Below, in pieces: positions 1 through 9,815 of a stretch of DNA of 64,000 nucleotides. The notes below the pieces were generated by a model that did no database searches, had not been told where the DNA came from, and saw nothing but the letters and a program-made list of their open reading frames with translations. Numbering within the stretch: position 1 is the stretch's first letter; each line of letters starts with the position of its first letter. Source of the stretch: Candidatus Abyssobacteria bacterium SURF_5 (GTDB taxonomy: Bacteria > Abyssobacteria > SURF-5); NCBI GenBank assembly GCA_003598085.1, contig QZKU01000026.1, positions 7,335 through 71,334 on the forward strand, written 5' to 3'. A program made the position numbers and the translations under genes.

Positions 1-948
1 ACGCCCGAAGACGCAGAGCTGACGCTGAACCTACGACAAACTCCGGAAACTCCTGCAGAAATCTCCAAGCGAACCGGGATTCCCGAAAAGAAACTCGCCG
101 AAAAGCTTGAGGATATGGCCCTCAGGGGGCTTATCTTCCGCGTACGCGAAGGCGACCAAAGGAAATATCAGGCCGTCCAGTTCATTGTCGGCATCTACGA
201 ATTTCAACTGGCCACGATCGACCGCGAGTTCTGCGAGTATGTCGAAGAATATTTCCCCTACCTCGGCATGTCCTTCATGCCGCTCGAAACAAAACAACTG
301 CGCGTGGCGCCGATCGACGCCGCAATCGACGCGATGCCTGAAGTCGCCACTTACAACAAGATTCGAGACCTGGTGAAACAGCAGAAACTGATTGCGATGG
401 TCCCATGCATCTGTCGCAAAGAGCAGGGAATCATGGGGAAACCATGTGACCGGCCGAAAGAACTCTGTTTTTCATTCGGGGAATTCGCGCAGTACACTCT
501 CGACAACAAGGTCGGCCGCCAGTTGACAGTGGAAGAGGCGTTGAAGATGCTTGATCTGGCCGAGGAATCCGCGCTTGTGCTGCAACCGAGCAACACACAG
601 GAGCTTTCCTGGATCTGCAGTTGCTGCGGGTGTTGCTGCGGAGGACTCCGACGGATGAAGATGATGGAGAATCCGGCCGATTACGTTCGCTCATATTATA
701 CGGCCACAATCGACGCCGATCTTTGTACTGCCTGCGGGACCTGTCTTGACCGCTGCCAGATCGATGCAATCAAGGAGAACGGAGAGGTCATGGAAGTGGA
801 TCCGGCCCGGTGCATCGGATGCGGGCTCTGCGTGCCCACCTGCCCCGTCGAAGCCGTTTCGCTATTCGAGAAAGCCGGCGTCGTGACTCCACCGAAAGAC
901 TTGAACGAAATGATGGACCGCTTATCAAAGGAACGCGGCCTGGCCTGA
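1..948 (+). CDS. Fe-S cluster-binding protein with an N-terminal winged-helix-like region and two C-terminal 4Fe-4S ferredoxin motifs (5' partial; the frame is open to the window start)
   Basis: Frame 1 is open from nt 1 and the track ORF 115..948 continues it. Motifs include CICRKEQGIMGKPCDRPKELC, an unusual Cys run WICSCCGCCCGG, and two canonical CxxCxxCxxxC(P) motifs (CTACGTCLDRC; CIGCGLCVPTCP). Confidence 0.7.
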   Translation, partial: TPEDAELTLNLRQTPETPAEISKRTGIPEKKLAEKLEDMALRGLIFRVREGDQRKYQAVQFIVGIYEFQLATIDREFCEYVEEYFPYLGMSFMPLETKQLRVAPIDAAIDAMPEVATYNKIRDLVKQQKLIAMVPCICRKEQGIMGKPCDRPKELCFSFGEFAQYTLDNKVGRQLTVEEALKMLDLAEESALVLQPSNTQELSWICSCCGCCCGGLRRMKMMENPADYVRSYYTATIDADLCTACGTCLDRCQIDAIKENGEVMEVDPARCIGCGLCVPTCPVEAVSLFEKAGVVTPPKDLNEMMDRLSKERGLA

Positions 949-965
949 CGAATCCGACCTGTTCA

Positions 966-999
966 GGGGACACACTGATCAGTGTGTCCCCCTTTTTTT
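966..999 (+). terminator. Rho-independent terminator (GC-rich hairpin plus T-tract) after the Fe-S protein gene
   Basis: Perfect inverted repeat ggggacacact-gatc-agtgtgtcccc followed by tttttttg, directly after the stop at 946-948. Confidence 0.8.
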
Positions 1000-3091
1000 G
1001 ATTTTTGCCAAACACGAATGCTATCATGAAAGAAATCTGAATGAGAAGGAAAATCTCTTGCCGCAGCTTGATCTCCATGAAACACATGCCGAATATTCCG
1101 CCGAACCTGAAGTAAGAGCCCCACTCTCGCGCCGGCTGATCATATCGTTTCTTTCGATAGCCGCTATCTCGATCCTCTCTTTCCTGTGGTGTCTTCATCT
1201 GGTTCAGCAGGCGCGAAGCCAGGGATTTGTCCTGCAAGAGATCAAGCCGCTGATGGACACGCTCATCGGCTGGGGAAAGTCTCTTTATTGGCTTGGGGGC
1301 CGGCCGCTTTTCGTTCCGGCGATATTAGGTGTTGCCGCGGCGCTCGCAGTGGCAGCATATGCGGCATTTCGGAAGGACTGCGCCGCTCTTGCCTCCAATC
1401 GGCGGCTGCTGATTCTGGCGCTCGCCTTTGCGCTTATGTACATTATCGGCGGCACGTCAAGCTTCGCACTTTATATTGCCGGCATTATCGCCGTCATCCT
1501 CTTGGGCTGGTTCAGCGAGTTTCGAAGGGAAAGCGTCGCTGAGCCGGCGCCCATCGAAAGAAAAGAAAAGGCTCTTCTCGGTATGATTCTTCTGCTGGGT
1601 CTGCTGCTGCGCATGTATCAGGTGGATGTTTTTCCAAGACTCTACACGGCGGATGAGCAACTGCTCGCGCAGGTGGTGCTTGAACTGGGTGAGCGGCCCT
1701 TCGAGTTCTTTTCCGAGCCCCACATCATGAAGCCTCACCTGCTCAGAATTGCAGGGATTCGGCTGGCTTTTATGACACTGGGCACAGGCTTGTTTCAGCA
1801 GCGAGCCGTATCAGTTTTCGAGGGGACCACCACAATTCTGCTTGTGTACCTGTTGGGCCGAAGCCTCTGGGGGAACCGGGCCGGCATGTTCTCGGCGTTC
1901 CTGCTGGCGATTGATCCCTGGCATATCGGCCACAGCAAAGCCGGTGTGCACAATATCGAGGGCCCTCTGTTTCTTGCGCTGTTGCTGCTGTTGATCATGA
2001 GAACCGTACGGCAAGGCAGCATTCGGAATCTCATCTTTCTTGGGGCCGTCGCCGGCGCAACGGTTTACCTCTACCTGTCCTGTGTGATCCTGGCGCCATT
2101 CGCTGTAATTGCCGCCATTGCAGGGCGGTATCGCCAGAACAAACTGAAATCGGTCCTCTTGAAAGAAGCCGTCATCATGGTCGCTGCCGCAGTAGTCGTT
2201 GCCCTGCCATACTTCACAGTCGGCCGCGAAAATATCCGGGAACTGGAATCGTTCTACACAGCGGGCGGAAATTTTCTGACCGCGGCGAAAGAACACGGGT
2301 GGAACCCCCTCTTCGTCCTCTTTGTCAACTCGTGGAATGGCATCGAGCACATAATCAACTGGACGGATCGAAGCATTCACCCTGCGAAAACATTCTATCC
2401 GAATCCGGTGGCGGTCGGCCTGGCTCTTTTAGGTGTAGGTACGCTGATTGGCCTGCGAAAGAAGTTTGAACATGTCCTCGTGCTCCTCGTGATTCCAATT
2501 GCCTGGCTCCCAATGAGCCTGTCATACGGGTTTGCCGAGCGCCGGCTTTTTTCGGGACTGCTGCCTGTTCCAGCGTTGCTGGGGGGCCTTATCCTGGCGA
2601 GGCTGTGGGAGCAGAAGTTCTCAGGATATGCAGCCCGTCGCCTGAGTCGCGCGCTGTTCGTTTCGATTCTCATTGCCGCTGTCCCGCTGACTGCGTTTAT
2701 TGTGTATTCGGATGCCGATCCGATGTCGGGCGGCCGAGTTCACCCGCGGAAGACGGCAGAGTATATCGGCTCGCTCCCGCCGGAATATTCTGTCTTCGTT
2801 TCCAACCCGGTCAAAGACATCCCTTTCCTGGTCTGTCTTGCCAGCTACGATAGATTGAAAGGAAAGGCCGATAATAATGCCTTCAGCTTCGTCTCATTCG
2901 AGATGCTCGATGCGATGGCGGAAAAAATAGCGCTGACGCCCAATGTGGCGGTTGTTATGGGTGTCGGCGCGGGAGAGAGAGAATTTCTGCGGAAGGTAAA
3001 AGCCCTCAATCCCGATTCGGAGATTGTCGAGGCAGACGAGTTCCTTGCTTGTCTGATTCACAAAAACACACCGGACAGGCGAGAGGATTAG
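998..3091 (+). CDS. Polytopic membrane glycosyltransferase, GT-C fold (PMT/ArnT-like). The true start is probably downstream of 998, e.g. TTG 1058 after gagaaggaaaa
   Basis: 697 aa track ORF with more than 10 hydrophobic helices. The first periplasmic loop carries an acidic DE-type motif (FPRLYTADEQ) typical of PMT/ArnT GT-C enzymes. The start overlaps the upstream terminator, so 998 is unlikely to be the real start. Confidence 0.6.
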   Translation: MIFAKHECYHERNLNEKENLLPQLDLHETHAEYSAEPEVRAPLSRRLIISFLSIAAISILSFLWCLHLVQQARSQGFVLQEIKPLMDTLIGWGKSLYWLGGRPLFVPAILGVAAALAVAAYAAFRKDCAALASNRRLLILALAFALMYIIGGTSSFALYIAGIIAVILLGWFSEFRRESVAEPAPIERKEKALLGMILLLGLLLRMYQVDVFPRLYTADEQLLAQVVLELGERPFEFFSEPHIMKPHLLRIAGIRLAFMTLGTGLFQQRAVSVFEGTTTILLVYLLGRSLWGNRAGMFSAFLLAIDPWHIGHSKAGVHNIEGPLFLALLLLLIMRTVRQGSIRNLIFLGAVAGATVYLYLSCVILAPFAVIAAIAGRYRQNKLKSVLLKEAVIMVAAAVVVALPYFTVGRENIRELESFYTAGGNFLTAAKEHGWNPLFVLFVNSWNGIEHIINWTDRSIHPAKTFYPNPVAVGLALLGVGTLIGLRKKFEHVLVLLVIPIAWLPMSLSYGFAERRLFSGLLPVPALLGGLILARLWEQKFSGYAARRLSRALFVSILIAAVPLTAFIVYSDADPMSGGRVHPRKTAEYIGSLPPEYSVFVSNPVKDIPFLVCLASYDRLKGKADNNAFSFVSFEMLDAMAEKIALTPNVAVVMGVGAGEREFLRKVKALNPDSEIVEADEFLACLIHKNTPDRRED

Positions 3092-4797
3092 TACAGCTTC
3101 AGTACCGCCAGGATATTATCGGCGGACTGATCGATGTCATGGTAGATGACATACCTGAACCCCAACGCCCTCAGCCGCTCCCCCTCCTCAAGTGAAAGCT
3201 TTCCCGCTTTCGAGCTCTTGGGAATCAGCTCCCGCCCGTATTCAACCACCTGCGGATCGGTTCGGGAAAGCAGCCCCGCCGGTATCGGCTTCTCATGCAG
3301 TGTCTGATAGTACATATACTTCGCCAGCGCCGGATAGCTATCTGAAGGCAAATCCATCACCGCGAATTCCTGTTCGTCTCGTCCAATGTCCATATAAATC
3401 TTCGGAACCGCCGGCATCTCCTGCATGAATGGAATATTCCACAACTCGATCAGCAGAAGGACGCTGAAAGCCGCTGCAACCATCGTCCCGGAACGAGCAT
3501 TGCGTGAACACGCTTGAATTTTGTCAATGAAATGCTTCAGCCCATAGCATGCTAAAACGAATATCCCGATTTGCGCCGGAACAACGAACCGGTAAGGCGT
3601 CCTCATCACTCCAAAAAACGGCAAGTACTTGTACAGCGCAAGGTACGGCATCGGGATAGCGAATGACCATTTCCCGAAATGCAGGCGCGTCCCGAGCGAA
3701 AGCACCAGGAAGACCAGCAGCATCGCCAGCCAGAATCCGTTTCTGCGCATTGGAGCCTTGACCAGCGCGACAACAGCAAGACCGATAATCGTGAACGTCA
3801 GAAATGTGGCATGGCCGGGAACACCGGAAAGATAATAAATGGACTGCGGCATCAGCCGGAAGAGGAACCGGTAGAAAACGTGCTTGTCCGCCGGCAGAAT
3901 ATATCCGAGTGCGTTCGCGGAAAACAGATCGAGCATCTGCTCCGGCTGTGGTTCAGCCGCGCCTGACCTCATCACCGCGATCAAGAACGGCAGGAGCAAG
4001 AGCCCGCTTCCGGCAAAAAGAATCGAGAACCTGATGAGACTCTCCCGCCCGAACAACTCGTCCCTCCAGAACAGCGCCGAATAAACGAGGAAAAGCGCAG
4101 TCAACAGAGCGAGAAAGTAAACGTACATGTTACAGGTTAGAAAGGTGGCGCCTGCCAGCATCGCGCCGATCAGCGGGTTTCTCCATCTCTTCTCGCGCAA
4201 CGTCTTGAGCAGAAACATCACGTACAAGGGGATAAACCCGGTGCTTAACAGTGCGATGTGCACGATGTGCATGCTGCGGTAGGGAGCGAACGCGAAGGCC
4301 GCTCCCCCGAAAAAAGCAACCAGATTATCCTTTATCAGATATTTCACCAGCGCGAACATCCCCAATCCCGCAATAACAAACGAGAGAAGCGATGCAATAT
4401 TACATCCCAGAATGATTCCGTGTGGCTTGCTCATGAGGAGTTGGAACGGAATGGTCAACAGGCTGTTCAACAGAGTCAATTCGTGCAGGACCAGACTCGC
4501 GCCGTTGGGATAAAAGAGATAGGTTGTACGGAATGGATTCGTCCTCAGGTCGATAAGCGCCTTCTTAACCCACCACGCATCCCACATGACGATGTTATAA
4601 TCGGAGCTGCTCCCGATAGGACTTACAATGACGCCTGCACTGAGATCGGTAACCTGGGGATAAGTGTAAAGAAGCGTGATCGCCGCATAGAGAAGAGCCG
4701 CCGTAAGGTGCGGCGTCCAGCGAAAAGGAGCTCCGGATCGCGAATCTTCCAAAACCTTATCCTGCACTTCTAAACTTGGCTCTTGAGCGCTCTGCAC
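3088..4797 (-). CDS. Large polytopic integral membrane protein, possibly a GT-C-type glycosyltransferase (family uncertain)
   Basis: 569 aa with many TM helices; ends 4 nt inside the upstream GT-C gene; no recognisable soluble catalytic domain. Confidence 0.5.
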   Translation of the reverse strand: MQSAQEPSLEVQDKVLEDSRSGAPFRWTPHLTAALLYAAITLLYTYPQVTDLSAGVIVSPIGSSSDYNIVMWDAWWVKKALIDLRTNPFRTTYLFYPNGASLVLHELTLLNSLLTIPFQLLMSKPHGIILGCNIASLLSFVIAGLGMFALVKYLIKDNLVAFFGGAAFAFAPYRSMHIVHIALLSTGFIPLYVMFLLKTLREKRWRNPLIGAMLAGATFLTCNMYVYFLALLTALFLVYSALFWRDELFGRESLIRFSILFAGSGLLLLPFLIAVMRSGAAEPQPEQMLDLFSANALGYILPADKHVFYRFLFRLMPQSIYYLSGVPGHATFLTFTIIGLAVVALVKAPMRRNGFWLAMLLVFLVLSLGTRLHFGKWSFAIPMPYLALYKYLPFFGVMRTPYRFVVPAQIGIFVLACYGLKHFIDKIQACSRNARSGTMVAAAFSVLLLIELWNIPFMQEMPAVPKIYMDIGRDEQEFAVMDLPSDSYPALAKYMYYQTLHEKPIPAGLLSRTDPQVVEYGRELIPKSSKAGKLSLEEGERLRALGFRYVIYHDIDQSADNILAVLKLY

Positions 4798-4828
4798 AAT
4801 CCGGTTTTTCCTCAGATATCCTCAAATC

Positions 4829-4856
4829 TTGACAGGAAACGCAAGGCTATTATACC
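4829..4856 (+). promoter_or_regulatory. Possible sigma-70-like promoter for the GNAT gene in the divergent intergenic region
   Basis: cTTGACAggaaacgcaaggctaTTATACc: a perfect -35 with an imperfect -10 at 16-17 nt spacing. Confidence 0.3.
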
Positions 4857-5009
4857 ATTTTCGTAACATTTGATTGCCATGTTCAGACCGGGCTCCGACG
4901 TACGCCTTCGGTCCGTCATATTTCAATAGAACCACCGTCAGCGATTCCCGTCTCTAGCGCAGAACCCGCGTTTGCCAATGGTGAAAGAGAAGCGGCAGGG
5001 TCAGGATCA

Positions 5010-5636
5010 ATGGAATTTGTCCCGATAACAGAAAAAGATTACGGCCGGATAGCAGATCTGCACCAAACCTGTTATCCCGGCGACTTTCTGCCCAGCTTCG
5101 GGTATCGTTTCCTTGTCGCGCTATACGATGCAATGTTCAAAGCAGACGCTGTCTTCGGATTCGTCGGCAAAGAGGACGGCGAGATAGTAGGCTTCAGCCT
5201 GTGTACGGCCGATGCGGATCGATTGTTTCCCGCCACCTTGCGAAAAGGGCTCCTCAAGCTCGCATGGCTTGCCGGACTGAGACTGCTGCAAAAGCCCTCA
5301 ATCCTGAAAAAACTTTTCGAAACGTTCCTCTACAAGTCGCGCGCAAGCCTTGAAGAGGTAAACGCAGAGATGATGCTCTGGGCGATTGATCCGAAGTGCC
5401 GCGGGCGCGGCCTCGGGACGGAACTGTGGGAGGCATGCGAGAGGGAATTATTGAAGAAACGCATAGAACGGTACAAAGTTACCGTCTACGCCGATAACAA
5501 ACCTGCAAACAGCTTCTATAGAAAAAAGGGCTTCAGGCTGGTGCGCGAATTTGTACTTTACGGCAAGAAGTGGAACCTGTACGTGGGCAGGATTGCGCCC
5601 GATAGCTTTCTTCGTCTCACCAAACAAACCAGCTAG
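5010..5636 (+). CDS. GNAT family N-acetyltransferase
   Basis: Acetyl-CoA binding motif RGRGLGTELWEACE...YRKKGFR, GNAT motif A; 208 aa. Confidence 0.8.
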   Translation: MEFVPITEKDYGRIADLHQTCYPGDFLPSFGYRFLVALYDAMFKADAVFGFVGKEDGEIVGFSLCTADADRLFPATLRKGLLKLAWLAGLRLLQKPSILKKLFETFLYKSRASLEEVNAEMMLWAIDPKCRGRGLGTELWEACERELLKKRIERYKVTVYADNKPANSFYRKKGFRLVREFVLYGKKWNLYVGRIAPDSFLRLTKQTS

Positions 5637-5674
5637 TCGAGCCGCCTGCACGAGCTTTCCTGCGGCGCCCTGAT

Positions 5675-6778
5675 TTATCTCCTCGATCTGCGAATCATTT
5701 CACAGATGTAATCGATATCGTCTTCAATCAGCGTCGGCGACGACGGCAGGCTGAGTCCGCTCGAAGAAAGCATGTCGGAGACGGGGAACTTTCTGCGCGT
5801 GCCGTACATCGGCAGCAAATGCATGGGAATGAAAACCGGCCTCGTATCGATGCCGCCTGCTCTCAGATGCGCCGCGAGGTCGCCAGGGCCGGGCCCGAAC
5901 GTCTTCTCGATCAGGATCGTGTATAACCAGAATATGCTGCGAGCCCACGGCCGCTCCGGAGGAAGAACGATCCCCTCGATGCCGCCCAGACGCTCCGAAT
6001 ACAGCTTTGCCACGCGCCGCTTCGCCGCCAGAATACCGCCGATCCTCTTCATCTGCGCGCGGCCGACGGCAGCTTGCATGTTTGTCATTCGATAATTATA
6101 GCCGATCTCCGGATGAAAATATCTTCTCTTGCCATCCATCGAATGGTCGCGCAGGAAACGAATGCGAGCATCCACTTCCGGATCATTGGTTACAACCATT
6201 CCGCCTTCGCCCGTCGTAATAACCTTGTTCCCATAAAAGCTGAAACAACCGATATCGGCAAGCGGGCCGACGCGCTTTCCCTTATACAGCGAGCCGTGCG
6301 CCTCGGCGGCGTCCTCGATTACTTTCAGGTCGTGTTCGCGCGCAATCTCCACCACCCGCTCGATATCGAACGGGTGGCCGTACAGATGAACGCCGACGAT
6401 CGCCTTCGTTCGCCGCGTAATAGCCTTCTTTATCAGTTCCGGATCAATCGTCCAGGTTTCCTTCTCGACATCCACCAGAATCACTTTCGCGCCGGTGTAG
6501 GCCACGCTGTTTGCCGTGGCGACAAAGGTGAGATCGGGGACGATTACTTCATCGCCTCTTCCAATTCCCAACGCAACCAGCGCAAGGTGCAGCGCCGCGG
6601 TCCCACTCGATGTCGCCGCCGCACATTGACAGCGGCAGAACTTTGCAAACGTACGCTCAAACAGGTCGATGTGTCTTCCCAGCGATGAAATCCAGCACGT
6701 GCGGATGCATTCCTCCAGCAGGTCCAGTTCTTCCTGCCCCAGCAATGGCTCATAAACCGGATAATGCTTTTTCTTCAT
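5675..6778 (-). CDS. DegT/DnrJ/EryC1/StrS family PLP-dependent sugar aminotransferase (ArnB-like)
   Basis: N-terminal GxEExxxxxExI region, AATSSGTAALHLAL, DEVIVPDLTFVATAN, IEDAAEAHGS and SFYGNKVITTGEGGMV (PLP lysine region); 367 aa. Confidence 0.85.
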   Translation of the reverse strand: MKKKHYPVYEPLLGQEELDLLEECIRTCWISSLGRHIDLFERTFAKFCRCQCAAATSSGTAALHLALVALGIGRGDEVIVPDLTFVATANSVAYTGAKVILVDVEKETWTIDPELIKKAITRRTKAIVGVHLYGHPFDIERVVEIAREHDLKVIEDAAEAHGSLYKGKRVGPLADIGCFSFYGNKVITTGEGGMVVTNDPEVDARIRFLRDHSMDGKRRYFHPEIGYNYRMTNMQAAVGRAQMKRIGGILAAKRRVAKLYSERLGGIEGIVLPPERPWARSIFWLYTILIEKTFGPGPGDLAAHLRAGGIDTRPVFIPMHLLPMYGTRRKFPVSDMLSSSGLSLPSSPTLIEDDIDYICEMIRRSRR

Positions 6779-8418
6779 AGCGGTTTCTGCAGTTCTCCCG
6801 GCGCGATGGGATCAAGGATGCGTGTACGATAGATACTGACGGAATCGTTCTTGTATATCGACTCCAGGTACGGCGCTTGGTCGGGATCGAAATCGCCCAT
6901 GGCGCGTTCTTCGCGGCCGTAAAAGATAAAGCCGATGCCGCCGGCCCGGAGGAAATTCTCTCTGTCGCTGTCCGACGTGGTTCCAGTAAAGACCCGATGC
7001 GCCGAACGGTACCGCGCATCATGGGTGGGATGGTCATACTGCCCCAGCCACGCAGGTTTTCCGGTCATGCCGGGGATATAGTTGCCAACGACGTCCCCCG
7101 AAAGAACCACCCCTTCCCCCGTCTCGCCCTTCAAAAAACGGAGCGCCTCATACTCATCCTCGGTCAGCGAAAATGCTTCCGGATGCGTCTTCAGGCGTGA
7201 TATCCGATCAATTATATTACAGAACGTACTGGGGAAAGTAAAGGTAACCAACAGCCCGGCCAAAAGAAACGCGGCCGCTTTCCTCTTCTTCTCCGAATCC
7301 GTCCACTCGAACCCGAGCGCCGGCAAAACAGCCTGAAAAATGCCGCGTGTCGCCAGAACCGCCAGCGGCAGTTGCAGCCCAAGAACCGCCCGCGCCTCCT
7401 GCTGCAGGAGGGGATACGAGTAAAGCAGAACAAAATTTGTCGCCGTCCAGCAAATAAGCATCAGGTCTCCGCTTCTCAGGAGCCGACTCTTCAGGAGGAA
7501 GATTATGTAAGCCAAACTCAAAATCAGGAGCGGCGCAAATCCAACAAGATACGTCGCCACACCGGGAGAGCGGACAGGCACTTGCGGCAAGAGAGCCGGA
7601 TAAAGCAGCGAAAGGCGAAGATAGTATATGACCGGCCATATGGCGACCGCGCCGAAAACGATGGAAACCCGCAGCGGCCGGCTATGCTTCCCCCCAACAA
7701 ACGAAATTCCCGCATACACCGCAAGCGCCGCCATCACCACAACCAGGTTCACGACGTGAATGAAACCGAGCACCAGTCCGCAGACACCCGCGCCGAAGGC
7801 CGGCGCCAGCTTATCGCCTGAGACAGCCTTCTCAATAAGAGCGAAGCATGCCGCGATCAGGATAAGCGCAAGCGCGAGGTGCGGAAACGACATGTGGGTA
7901 AAGAACGAGGTCGCTTCGGGCGTCGCGATGTCCGCCGGAGCGAATGGCATGCTTCCGGTGCGGTAGTACGTAATCATCTGGATCCAGCCGGCCCCCGCCC
8001 CGAAACAAATCATAAGCAGACCCGCGATTCGCTCGCGCGTCGATTCGACAAAACGGCCAATAAAATACCACGCAACCGGCACGAAAAGAAAAATCGCGGC
8101 CGCCCTGGCCGCATGAAAAGCCGCCACATGGCTGAGCCCGAAAACATGTGCAGCTCGTCCGAGCAGCGCCCAGAAGAAACCGTGGTAAATCCTGTCAAGC
8201 TCTCCGCCGGCGAATTTATTCTGCAGCAGCAGCTTCCAATCATCGGCCTGCTCCATCATCATGAAATAGAAATTCGAGTCGCGGACGCCGGCCGCGATGC
8301 CCATGAACCTGCGGCCGGGCACGTGGTGGAGCCAGCCGTACAGCAGGGGGACGTTGGACAGCGCCAGGAGTGCGGCGGCTACGGCCACGAGCAGGATTGC
8401 TTGTTTTCTGGAAGACAC
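6775..8418 (-). CDS. Polytopic integral membrane protein, candidate GT-C-type glycosyl/aminosugar transferase (family uncertain). Its stop overlaps the DegT start by 4 nt
   Basis: 547 aa with more than 12 TM helices and a 4-nt overlap with the DegT gene, suggesting translational coupling of an aminosugar pathway. Confidence 0.5.
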   Translation of the reverse strand: MSSRKQAILLVAVAAALLALSNVPLLYGWLHHVPGRRFMGIAAGVRDSNFYFMMMEQADDWKLLLQNKFAGGELDRIYHGFFWALLGRAAHVFGLSHVAAFHAARAAAIFLFVPVAWYFIGRFVESTRERIAGLLMICFGAGAGWIQMITYYRTGSMPFAPADIATPEATSFFTHMSFPHLALALILIAACFALIEKAVSGDKLAPAFGAGVCGLVLGFIHVVNLVVVMAALAVYAGISFVGGKHSRPLRVSIVFGAVAIWPVIYYLRLSLLYPALLPQVPVRSPGVATYLVGFAPLLILSLAYIIFLLKSRLLRSGDLMLICWTATNFVLLYSYPLLQQEARAVLGLQLPLAVLATRGIFQAVLPALGFEWTDSEKKRKAAAFLLAGLLVTFTFPSTFCNIIDRISRLKTHPEAFSLTEDEYEALRFLKGETGEGVVLSGDVVGNYIPGMTGKPAWLGQYDHPTHDARYRSAHRVFTGTTSDSDRENFLRAGGIGFIFYGREERAMGDFDPDQAPYLESIYKNDSVSIYRTRILDPIAPGELQKPL

Positions 8419-8468
8419 GAGGGTTACGTCAGTTTCTCTTTAATAGACACTTTTCTCATTCGGAAAGT

Positions 8469-9815
8469 TCATTTCCCGCTGACGACTACATCGGTGACGA
8501 GAAACGAGGGCGAGCCGTATCGGCTGTAGAATTTCAGGTTTCGCGCGACCGCCTCGATATTCATCAGGACATCCCTTACGTTGCCCGCAATGGTCGTCTC
8601 TCGCACGGGGAATGCAGGTTTTCCGTTCTCGATCCACAGCCCGCTTGCGCCGACTGAGAAATCGCCTGAGACCATGTCTATCGTGTGCATGCCCATCGCA
8701 TCGGTCACTAAAAAACCGCGCGAGCAGTTATCGCACAGATTGTCAGGATCGGTGTCGCCCGGAACAAGATAAAAATTCGTCGCGCCGACTTCGGGCGTCG
8801 ATGCATATGAGGAGCGGACGCCGTTGCCGGTTGATTCGGTGCCGCCTTTTGCCGCCGTATACGTGTCGTAGAGGAAGCCCTGCAGGACACCCGCCTCAAC
8901 CAGAACCGTCCGCTTCGAAGCTACTCCCTCTCCATCGGCCGGCGCGGGATACAGCCCGCGTTCAAACATGCCGTCATCTATAATCGTGACGTTCCGGTTT
9001 GCCATTTGCCTGCCGACTTTATCGGCGAACAGCGACTTGCCTTTCTGCACCTGGTCCGCCATGAGCGCGTGCCCGATTGCCGCAACGAACTCGGCCGCGA
9101 CCGGAGCATCAAGGATAATCGGAACCTTCGCCGTCTCGATTTGCCGCGCCCCGAGCAGACTGAGCGCGCGCCTGCTTGCATTCCTGCCGACAGGCGCGAC
9201 ATCGAGCGCGCTGAAATAGAAGGAGTGATCGAAATCCCACCCCATTTGGGCGTCTCCTCCTTCTTCAGCGACCACCATCACGCTCGCGGCGCATGAGGTG
9301 CCCCGACTCCACAGCGATATCCCCTTGCTGTTCGCCAGGTGCGCCTCATAGCTTGCATCTGAAGCGGTCGCCTGCCGGACCTTCGTTATCCGCTTGTCGA
9401 CTGCCCGCGCGGCGCCTTCGAGATTGAGCGCGCGCTCGATCCGGTCATCAAGTCCCACGTCTTTAAGCTGCTCGTCAAACTTCTCTATTTCTATATACCG
9501 CGGAGATGGCCTCGGAAGCACGTTGAATTCATCCGGAGAACTCGATTCCGCATTCGCCAGGGCTTGCCTGGCCGCCGATTCTATAGCGGAATTACCCAGA
9601 TCGGACGTATACGCAAACCCCAGCCGATTCGCGACAAGCACGCGCACTCCAATGCCCGAGCCTTCGCGCACCTTCTGGCTTTCAACCTTGCCGCCGCTCA
9701 CTTCGACCGAGACCGAGCTTGTCCGGTTGAAGAATCCTTCGGCCTCCGTGGCGCCGGCCGAAAGCGCCGCTTCAATGGCCAGCTTTACCTTTCGCTCATC
9801 CGATTTTCTCGTCAT
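8469..9815 (-). CDS. TldD/PmbA family metalloprotease
   Basis: 448 aa with typical PmbA/TldD N-terminal (KLAIEAALSAGATEAEGFF...SVSVEVSGGKVESQ) and C-terminal (GDFSVGASGLWIENGK) signatures. Confidence 0.8.
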   Translation of the reverse strand: MTRKSDERKVKLAIEAALSAGATEAEGFFNRTSSVSVEVSGGKVESQKVREGSGIGVRVLVANRLGFAYTSDLGNSAIESAARQALANAESSSPDEFNVLPRPSPRYIEIEKFDEQLKDVGLDDRIERALNLEGAARAVDKRITKVRQATASDASYEAHLANSKGISLWSRGTSCAASVMVVAEEGGDAQMGWDFDHSFYFSALDVAPVGRNASRRALSLLGARQIETAKVPIILDAPVAAEFVAAIGHALMADQVQKGKSLFADKVGRQMANRNVTIIDDGMFERGLYPAPADGEGVASKRTVLVEAGVLQGFLYDTYTAAKGGTESTGNGVRSSYASTPEVGATNFYLVPGDTDPDNLCDNCSRGFLVTDAMGMHTIDMVSGDFSVGASGLWIENGKPAFPVRETTIAGNVRDVLMNIEAVARNLKFYSRYGSPSFLVTDVVVSGK

